Positions 52,142 through 61,560 of a stretch of 64,000 bases of DNA are shown here, piece by piece. Origin of the DNA: Camelus ferus (taxonomy: Eukaryota); assembly GCF_009834535.1 (NCBI RefSeq), contig NC_045697.1:101062001-101126000 (forward strand). The letters run 5' to 3'. The stretch's first letter is position 1. Every line of letters begins with the position of its first letter. A model generated the notes under the pieces. The model ran no database searches and was not told the origin of the DNA. It was given only the letters and a program-made list of their open reading frames with translations. Both the position numbers and the translations under genes were made by a program.

Positions 52142-53880
52142 CATGCTGTAGGCTTTGTGCATAGTCTTTGGTCCAGATCTCCCAAGCACAGTCCACTTCT
52201 TTTCCATATCACTTCAAAAATCAAGGAACATTCATGGAAAGGTGAAAACAAAACTTGCAAGCAAATCTTTTTTGTGGTTGCCAGTTTCAACCTCAATATT
52301 TGTCTCTTGAAGTATTTTTATCTCCCCCTTTTCTACAAAGAAGCCAGAAATGACAAATGTAGGATTACTTGAGAAAAAAACAGTTAATAAATACGGAAAA
52401 AGACTTTGGTTACACTTTATTTGATTTTTACCATTGATGAGGGGCCACAAGGCAGCAGCCAAAACAATAACTACAAGAATAACCTTGCTCTTAATTAATC
52501 TGTAGCTATTAGTCTTCTAACTATTTTACACAGATTCACTTATTTAGTCTTTACAACAACCCCACCAGGTGAGTATCAGTTAAGAAACAGAGGAGCTAAG
52601 GAGCAACTGTCCCAGAGCCACAAAGCCAGCGCGTGGGACAGGAACCAGACAGTCCACCCTCTCCACAAGTCTACCAGACCCCATCGCTGGTTCTCTTCCA
52701 CGTATGTACTGTGCATGCAATTAGGCATTTCTTCTGCAATTTTAAGGAAATGAACTTTTCTGGAGCTAAGAGGAGTAGAAATTCTTTCAATATAGAATAT
52801 TTTTCTCTTTATTAAATATCCCCACCATTCACTTATGTTATATACTTTATGGTAAAGAGTGGAAAGGAAAGAAAGAATCACAAGCAAGACAGAGATGCCT
52901 AGTGAGTGTAGAGTCCAGAGTTGCATTTCCCCTTGACCAGGTATATGTGACTCTCCGGGCCCAGCAGCACCTCTTAGCTTCAACCAGAATTCCCCTGGAG
53001 CCTCCTGGCTTACTGCCCTCAAAGTGTTTCCTGGGTTATACTGCTCTGTGGACCATCCACGTGCCCACAGCTCCCCCGCCCCCCACCTTGTAAACAGACA
53101 AAAATGCACGTTATGGGAGAGATTTAAAGAGGGCACCCTTGAAACCATCCCCTTCTCAACACCTGCCAAAGGCATTCTCTCCTGTTCAGGGATTTTCAGA
53201 GTGGTCTCCAGAGACAGTGCCAGGGTACCTAACAGTTTCACCTGAATCCACCGATTCAAGGAGGAAAAGTCAGACCCTGTAGGAAAACTGAAGAACCTAG
53301 GACAGAAGACCATCAGGACTGGACATAAGCTTCTGGTGAAGAGGCTAATTAAAGCTCCTGCCTGGTGCTGCCAGTTACCTCCTCTGTTTGCTTTGATGCC
53401 ACGAACATCAGAAGAACAGAGGGAGTTTCTCTTATTCAGTATGAATAAATTGTAAAAGAACAAATTGTGAAAGCAGAGTACGTTATCAATCCCATTTTAG
53501 AATAATGACAATATCTAGAAAATTTTGAAACATTATTTAGTCTCCTCCACTTGCTTTCTGCCCACAATGTTACTCTTTCAGCAACTCCTTACAGCAACAA
53601 CAGCAAAAATGTAAACCAGCACATCAAGCCAGCCTTCCTGAAAAAGAGGGAAATCTGTTCTGAAAGCTTTTGCTCCTAACCAATTTGCCAACTTGGTACT
53701 AAGCCACACGAATTTGAAAAAAAAAAAAAAAAAAAAAACCAGCAAACTGTAAACATAAGACAAGCATAAACACAGTACAAAGACCCTCTTTGAAAAATGC
53801 CAGTTATACCAAATTCGCGATGGTTTGGAAAAGCCTATTGATTTCTTTTCCCAAAGAAAGAAGGAAGTGCAAGTACTTAC

Positions 53881-53997
53881 GGTGTCGTGAGATTTATCCT
53901 TGACATCATAGACTGTTAGTTTTATTTTGGTCTCCTCATAGATGGGATACTCAGATGGGAATGTGACGCCGGTTAAGAACAGTGGGTCTCTTGTTCC
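53881..53997 (-). CDS. INPP4B: INPP4B internal coding exon (117 nt, phase 0 to 0), C2 region
   Basis: Translation [39 protein letters not shown] continues the previous exon in frame and matches recalled INPP4B. Acceptor GTTACAG (AG at 53999-53998); donor ACC|GTAAGT (GT at 53880-53879). Confidence 0.96.
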
Positions 53998-56034
53998 CTG
54001 TAACGGCACAAGCAGACAACTTTGATTCAATAAGGCAGCCACCGCAGTTGGCAGCAGGCAGTGACACATGAGAATGCAGAAAGTGTCTGGGTCTGTTTGT
54101 TTTTCTAGGAAATAGTTCTATGAGAAGAGAGATCTGAATTGTCAAATGATGCCCATGGGGAACAACATGGCCCAGGTCCTCAAAGTACTGATAGAGCTGC
54201 TGCTGGTAAAGCCCTGTATCATTGTCAGGGCAGCTAAAAATCTTGAAAAACAATTTATTTTCATTATACCCAGAGCCCTTCTTTAGGGTCAGTGGTCAGT
54301 CCGCTTAGAACACACTGAATGGATCTAACCTGTGATTGGTGCAAATAACCTAAGATATCGACTGATCAAATTAAAAGGAAGCTATTTTCTCATAAAGAAG
54401 CATTAGGTAATCTTAGACTGTCCATTTATTTCCCTTCTGTAATGATTCAGTTGAAAGTCATGCTCTGATAGCATCCATTTGTTTTCAGATGTTCTGCTAT
54501 TTTTTTTTTTCTCAGACTGATTTGAAAACTAATGAAGGAAACTAAATATGATGGATTTGGGGCTATGGGATTACTAGCTCAGGATGCAGTGCACAGGGTA
54601 TTTCAATGCCTCAGAATTAATTTTTAGAGAGCTGCCATCCAACATTAAATTTTGTATCTATATTTGAATACATATATTGCTGAATATCACAGAGATGTCT
54701 GCTAGAGTTCTGTAAACCAGTTGTCTATGGAAGTTTCTGGAAGCCAAAGTTATTCATTTAGTCACTCATTCTTTCTTCCTTTTATTCAACAAATACTACC
54801 TTGTGTTCAGCCCTGTGTTAGACACTTTGGAACAGGCAGTGAATGAAACAGTCGACGACAGCTATACATGTTCAAATAAGCATGTCAAAATAATTTCTTT
54901 AATGTTTCAAATAAGTAAGTTGGAATAATACCTGGAAATAATTATCATATAAGTGAACAATTTTCCAATTTTTAGTTAAGTTTCCTACAAGTGAATAAAA
55001 CTATTTTTGTTTATTCAACCACAGCAGTAACTACTAATTAGACCAGCACTGGAATCTGAAGTATCCCAGGGGCCGATTCAGGGCCCTGCGCAGGATCTGG
55101 GTCATTCCCATTAGAGAAATGAGTGGTGTTTAGTCTGAATCATTTATTCCACCAACTGCACTGAGCAATCGTGATCTGGGGGTAGGCAATTCAGGCTCTT
55201 GCAGAGAAACTTCTCTTTCAGGGCTCCCAAGTCTAAGAAACACAAAGCTTCAGGGGTTTAGAGTACACTTTCTTTGGTTCCAGATGTTCAAATAAGTATC
55301 TCATTCACTGAGGCTGTGAAATATGCAAGATGAGAACAAAATAATCAAAAGGGAAACACTTCCTCTTTTGAATCTGATCCAACACAATAATACAAGTTTC
55401 CTCCCGACACATTTTGGATGTTATATTAGTAACAATAAATGTAAATAGGAAATCTCTCATCGGGATGAGTAATATTTACACCTCTTGCCTAGAAACGTTA
55501 CAGTTGCTCAAATGAATCATCTACCTTTCTTTGAAAAACATCATACTTTAAAAAGACATGTTTTTCTTTGAAAAAGACAAGGACAGCAGAGATTATCAAG
55601 TTTCCACAGTCAGTTTGGAGAACACAGGAAAAAATGAAATGGGCAAAAACACTTTTAACAAGTTTAAAACTTCTCTGGGTACTTTACAACTTTCTTTTTT
55701 TCCCCAAAGAAATATTCATTCCATTTAATTTAAAATTTATATATATTTTTTTCTCTATTTAGTACTCTACTCAAAGATTCAAAGTGGAGATTTTCCTTCT
55801 ATTTACTAAAGAAAAATAAGGTCTTTTATAAAAAGGCAAGTTCTTCCCCCGTTTGTTTATTCTGGTAAGTTACAAATGCACGCTCAGTAACCTCAGGTGT
55901 GTTTTCCTAAATGACAGAGGACAGTGACCGAGCATAGCTGCAGGCCATGATCTAACTTATTTCAGCCCATGTGCTCAAATTCAGAGAGCGACTGAGAGAG
56001 AGCGCGAGAGTCAGCCGGCACACAGCACACTCAC
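53998..56034 (-). other. INPP4B: INPP4B intron, 2,037 nt, GT-AG
   Basis: Bounded by the two exons with canonical splice dinucleotides; the spliced frame is continuous (EIVE|GTRD). Confidence 0.95.
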
Positions 56035-56153
56035 CTCCACAATCTCCGTGCTGGAGTATCTTGTCAGACCCTGCTCCGCGGGGTGGATTACTGAGATCTG
56101 CACCAGTGTATTCAGCTTCCGATCACGGACAGGAGCCACGAGATCCTTGCATG
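56035..56153 (-). CDS. INPP4B: INPP4B internal coding exon (119 nt, phase 1 to 0), inositol polyphosphate 4-phosphatase type II, N-terminal C2 region
   Basis: Minus-strand translation (A)[39 protein letters not shown] matches the recalled INPP4B N-terminus. Acceptor is a long T-rich tract ending TTGCCAG (AG at 56155-56154). Donor is GAG|GTGAGT (GT at 56034-56033). Confidence 0.96.
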
Positions 56154-56230
56154 CTGGCAATGGCAAAGGAAAGAGAAAAAAAAAAAAAGAAACTAACACC
56201 AGGTCTCAGGGAAAACTTCTGCCCCGGGCT

Positions 56231-56336
56231 GGAAGTCAGCTTAGCTACAGTGCTGAATGGAAATCTTCTGGGACTCGGGGCTGACTTTACAGAGGAAGTC
56301 TCTTGGAAGTAACTTACAGAAATAGGAAGTCACGTG
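56231..56336. promoter_or_regulatory. Candidate intronic enhancer or alternative promoter (ETS cluster plus E-box)
   Basis: GGAAGT at 56231, 56294, 56305 and 56325 in the same orientation; GTCACGTG at 56329-56336; adjacent exon region retains CpGs. Motif evidence only. Confidence 0.45.
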
Positions 56337-57049
56337 TTACGGAGCTGACTTGAGAATTCATTTCCACTGGCCACATTTGCAGCTCTTGCAAGTCTCGACT
56401 GCCCTGGGATCCCAGTTCTAATGCGTGATTATGCACACACAGCTCAGGGACTTGAGGGACTTTAATTAGTCATCAAAGCCTGGGCTTTAATTCACACTCC
56501 TAGACTAAGTAAACTGAGTTGGGCCTCATCCGGGAAAAGATTACGCTGCTCCTTATTGACACTGGCTGGATTAGGTCAAACGTTGGAATGCACACTTCAT
56601 CTTTACCTATCTGTTCACTAGAGCTGGCCTCCTACAGTCCTGCACAGGGACAGAAACTGGGAAGGGAGGCTACTCTAGCCCCAGGCAAGGGGCAGAGGAG
56701 GAGGAGGAGGAGAAAGGGTTAAAAGCTTCCTCAGTCTGGGATTCCAGCAAAGTCTGGGAGGGAGAACTATAGAGAAAGGATGGGTTAATTCTTGCGTGGG
56801 GCGGGGGGGGGGGGCACAAAACTAAGGACTTTCCCTTGAGATACCAGGCTCGTATTACAGACACTCCTCCCCATACCATATTTACCTGAATATTTTCCCC
56901 TCTCACATATCATTCCCACAGTTGGGAAAGAAAAAAAAAAATCCTGTTCAGCAAGTCTCACATCTCCTCTGGCTGTGTTTCCCCACCTGGCTTTGAAATT
57001 GTAATTTTACTACCTGCATTTGGATCCCTGAGAATAATGCAAAGTGTCC

Positions 57050-57063
57050 TCACTAGGGGGCGA
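57050..57063 (+). promoter_or_regulatory. Candidate CTCF site
   Basis: TCACTAGGGGGCGA versus core consensus CCACYAGRKGGCRS, with mismatches only at the two ends. Confidence 0.4.
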
Positions 57064-59432
57064 GGGGCAGGGTTCAAGCTAGGCTGAGCTGGTGGCTGGG
57101 GGCAGGCTGGAGCTGTGACAGAGGAACTAAGAAGTAGTCCTGGGTCCTGGATTCATGGTGAGAGTGTGCTGGGCTCTAAAGCATCCACACCTCAGGCCCC
57201 TGACCAGTGCAGGAAGGGACGGAAGGGCGGTATATTTAAGCTATACTGTGGCACTGCAGCAGGACACAGGGCCTCACCCACTGGGACAGAGGTACTGCAG
57301 CTTAAATCTGAAACTTCAAAACAAAGGAAATTAGAAATGTAATTATCACCTTTCCATTGCTTACAGATCAGTTCATTTATGGAAGGAAAATAGGATAGAG
57401 GAACTTTGGAATGAAAACAGGTCTGATTTTTGGCCAGTTCTATTGGCTAAGCAATGCTGGGCAAATAAAACTTCTTAACTCCTTCTTGACAGACTTTGAG
57501 ATCCTTTTTACCCCTGTACGGCATTTTGTTAGAATTTTTCCTTCTTAGAACCACATGCCTCTAGCCATGCAGGAAAGCTTAGGAAAGCATGTGTGGAAAA
57601 AGTAACAGCAACTGCTTATACAGCCGTCACTATATTTGAGGCAGTTCGCCAGTCCTCTCTTAATTTGTCAGAACGGTGCTTTGAATTATTATTTCAGTTT
57701 TACATACTAAGAACTAGAGGCTTAGAAATATTAAGTGCTCACATTCACATGACTAGAACGCTCTGGTAGTTTTCTCACATCACACTCCCTCAGCTCCATT
57801 TCTTCTCCTGACATACCGAATTCCTCTCTTGCACAATGGCACCTGTCTTTGGAAGACCCTCGGCCACCATTCTTTATTGTCTAACCCGAGAGATCTACAG
57901 TTTTAGAAAACACTACTGCAAGGCTTCAATTATGTCAACATATCAACGGAAGGAAAAAAAAAAAGATAGATTCAGACTTCACTGTTCTTTGGTGGTTATT
58001 TTGATCATTTCCTCTACTTGCCTAATGGATGTTTAGTTTTATCACTCATTCTCCTGGCTTTCTGCTCACAGCATACAGCATTTCTCTCCACTTACTGATA
58101 TTGACATTTATCTGTCCTTGGATTTTGAAGCTGGAGTCAATTTGTTTCAAACACATGCATCTTGCCCATTTTCTGCTGGTAGCTTCATCTCTGCCTTATG
58201 GACTTAGGATATGTCACTCAAAGTAAGTTACCTTTTTTCTTATTTCATATCAGGCTTGATTGTGGGCTGTGGTTAGTTCTCAGAAGTGAGCAGCTGTTCT
58301 CCATTTTATCAGAGAACCTCTCAGACTCACTTGTAATAAAAACAGAGAAAATCTCCACAAAACTCAAATGTTCTGTCCTACTCAATCTGCAGATGCTCCA
58401 ATACTGATGAAGTAAAAACAACCATAATGGCACTTTGTGTTTCTTTATGTTCTGCATCTAAAAACAGGCACAGAAAACAACAACCAAAGTCGTACCGCAG
58501 GCTGCCTGTATCTCTTTCCTTCCCAGCAGCCCAGAGACCTTCCTAACCCTGACACATCTGCAGCAAGATGTCAGGGAAAGAACTCCTGCGCTGTATTCCC
58601 AGATTCCTTGTTTTCTCCTTACATGCTGTTAAGTCACAGACTCAGACACTCAATTTCCCCATCATTTCCCCTATTTCTCAGGGTGGAGGTAAGGAAGAAA
58701 TTAAGCCCTTTTTTTTTTTTTTTCTTATTAAGTCCTTTTTTATGAATGGACTTTTCTGTGCAAAATAAAGTTTACTAATACCATGTTTCTAATATTTACC
58801 AACATCAACACCAACATTTACCAGTAGTGTTTTACTCTTCTGTGAGATGGCTTTTTTATTGACTCAGTCATATTTAGACAACTCCTTAAAAGCTGTCGGG
58901 AGGTTCAGTATTTCCTTGTAAATACCAAACCAGCATGAGTCATGGCATTTCATAAAGTGAAACCCATACACCCTATGGATCTATACAGACTGAAACTATC
59001 CCACTGGAAGGGTGAGAAATGATGAGTGACTGGATTACTTCAAGGAGGCATTACTCATTTGATCACCATAAAGTCTAACCTACATAGGAACTTTTTGGTA
59101 GCCACTAAAGAAGCCCGAAAAATCTGTTTTCAGAAATCAAAATAAGTCGTATTAGTCTTTCAGCCATACTTCCTACTGTCCATTACCCACACAAAACCCT
59201 ACTGTAGGAGGGAGTGACCTGTGTAAATGGCCTTCCTCAACTCTTACGACTGAAAGAATGCTTTCGGAGTTTTGTATTGCTTGTCTTTTTAATTTAAGAA
59301 TTCTTCAATCAAATGGGTAGGAACAAATAAATGCCTCTCTGCCACCATTCATTCATCAGTAGAGTTTTAGTTTCATTTCTGCCTTTTTACTGGCTTTGCT
59401 TTGGATTGAGCTATTTAAAAGCATTCTCTTGT

Positions 59433-59913
59433 CATACTCCTCAGTCATTAAAAAAAGAATAAAATAATGCCATTTGCAGCAACATGGATCAATCTGGAGA
59501 TTGTTTTAATAAGTGAAGAAAGCCAGAAAGAGAAAGAAAAACACCATATGATATCAATTGTATGTGGAATCTTAAAAAAAAATGACACAGATGAACTTCT
59601 TTACAAGACAGACTCACAGACATAGAAAACAAACTTATGGTTACCAGGGAGGAAGTGGGGTAGGGGTGGTGGTGGGATAAATTGGGAATTTGGGATTTTC
59701 AGATACTAACTACTATATATAAAACAGATAAACAATAAGGTTCCACTGTATAGCACAGGGAACTATATTCAAAACCTTGTAATAACCTAAAATGAAAAAG
59801 AATATAAAAAGAACATATATATGTATAACTGAAACATTATGCTGTACACCAAAATTAACACAACACTGTAAACCGACTATATTTCAATAAAAAAGAGTAA
59901 ATAAATAAATAAA
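59433..59913 (+). mobile_element. LINE-1 3' end with A-rich tail
   Basis: AATAATGCCATTTGCAGCAACATGGAT...GACTCACAGACATAGAAAACAAACTTATGGTTACCA...CTGTATAGCACAGGGAACTATATTCAA...AATAAAAAAGAGTAAATAAATAAATAAAT; homologous to 28440-28870. Confidence 0.9.
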
Positions 59914-60719
59914 TGCATTGTCAGAGTCCAAAAGGGTTTAAACATAAACAGATGTTGATAGGGTGGGATTCAAATGTGCTTGTGTCCACTGAATTGACTG
60001 CTTATTTTTTAATGAAAAGGGGAAAAATAACAACGTAAAAGTAATGAGTAATTAAAGAACTATAATTGAAAAATTTTTTTAGAAAAAAATGAAAGATCTA
60101 CATGTGACTTTTTGTTGTTGCTAACTTTGCTATATAACAACTGGGGATGTTGAGGATTCATTTTCCATCATCAGTGCTGGTGAGTGAGACGCTCACAGGC
60201 ATCCCCAGCTGGGGCTGATGCAGCGCCAGACAGCTCTCACTCTTCTAAAAGGGAATCATCAATAGAAGCATAATGGAGCTTCAATGTCCTGGGGGAGGTC
60301 TAGGCACTGAGCAAACTGGATACCTATCCAGTGTCAAGAAGGGCCCTTCATTCAGATCCACTGCCTGAGGAAATAAAAGCCTCCTGCGGCTTGCTTTGAG
60401 GATTTGTCCAAAGCTTGAAATCCCAGCCATTGCTTAGGCTAAATATCTGTGACTATATCTGGCCTAAGGACCAGAAGTTGCCCACCTTGGATTGAGATGC
60501 TTAAAGATGCTACTTGGATTCGTAGCGAAAGTGCAGATCATCTCTTTCTCCTATAATTCCTCTAATATTTGAGAATCCAGAAGCTAAAGGGCAGGGGTCT
60601 TCTGGGCTCATGCTGAATTAATTAATTTTCTGCTTACCCCAAAATACAGTTTTAATAAATACCCATTTTTGTTTCATTTAGCCGTCATTTCTAAATCATG
60701 TGAAGTCTATTGAGTCCAT

Positions 60720-60831
60720 AGAGTCGTTCCATCATTCTAGCCAACTTTGGCTGGAACCCAAAAATGGCCCCCTGAAGAGTCGTTCCATCATTCTAGCCAG
60801 CTTTGGCTGGAACCCAAAAATGGCCCCCTGA
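60720..60831. repeat. Tandem duplication, 2 x 56 bp
   Basis: AGAGTCGTTCCATCATTCTAGCCA(A/G)CTTTGGCTGGAACCCAAAAATGGCCCCCTGA at 60720-60775 and 60776-60831; single mismatch (60744 A vs 60800 G). Confidence 0.97.
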
Positions 60832-61369
60832 CTGTTCTATAGGAGCGCTCAGTCCAGAAATACTCAGTTTGAAATAGAACACAACTGTTGGTACAAGTGC
60901 CTTTGAATTCAGCAGCCCTGGCCAAATCCTAGTTGTTCTAAGACCTGCCCTGGATATGGAGTGTGCACCTAAGCAGAGGTGCCTGCCACAGGCTTTCACA
61001 AGGACAGTGGCATGAGCCACTGGGGCAGTGAGAATTCAAGGTCAATTCCAAGCAACTGTCTCTTTCCCCTTAAGAACTCTTTCTTCCGTGGTCAGGAGAT
61101 TTTTCTCGCCCCACTCCATTTCATCTCTCCTTGCCGTTCAGTGTCAGTAGCATCGAACAAGTTTATCCTCTGTCTTCTAGAAAACAAGCAATGGCCACAT
61201 GCAGAGGAAGTGGCAGTGGGGGACTCTGACAAGAATTTCCACATCTGCACAATTCTGTTCTTAAATTAGCCAAAGGAAAGTTAGGCTTAGAGGAGAAACC
61301 ACACACTGGAGCGAATGAAGAATAAAGAAATGTTTTTTGTTTTTCTTTTTTTTAAACTCAAGATAAAAC

Positions 61370-61560
61370 TGTATTTGAAACCAGGATCTAGCCTAAGGAA
61401 TTATGTGACTTTGGATAAATTACTCTATCTCTTTCAGCCTCTATTTTCTCATCTGTAAAATGGAAGAGAAAGAACAGATTTCATAGATTTGTTACAACGA
61501 TTATATGAAGTAATGAATATAGAATGCTAGGCACACAATAGGCCTTTAAATTATTGTTAA
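61370..61560 (+). mobile_element. MIR SINE
   Basis: ATGTGACTTTGGATAAATTACTCTATCTCTTTCAGCCTCTATTTTCTCATCTGTAAAATGG...GCACACAATAGGCCTTTAAAT. Confidence 0.75.

Larger units (their letters stand above)
1..53880 (-). other. INPP4B: Long INPP4B intron (>53 kb, extends beyond window start)
   Basis: The next expected peptide (VRTSVLPEHKDPPPEV, recalled) was not found by eye or in the ORF track. The region is repeat-rich and non-coding. Confidence 0.75.

Noticed and set aside
52576..53463. Longest ORF in the window (295 aa, minus strand), just downstream of the INPP4B exon
   Set aside because: No recognisable protein family, composition typical of translated non-coding DNA, and its end runs into a MIR-like relic. 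It does not match the expected next INPP4B peptide.
53578..54069. 163-aa ORF as a complete protein
   Set aside because: Only 53881-53997 is exon; the remainder is read-through into intron past canonical splice sites. The same applies to ORF 56011-56199.
60720..60831. CRISPR-like repeat with internal hairpin
   Set aside because: Two directly adjacent units with no spacer, no cas genes, and a mammalian intronic context.
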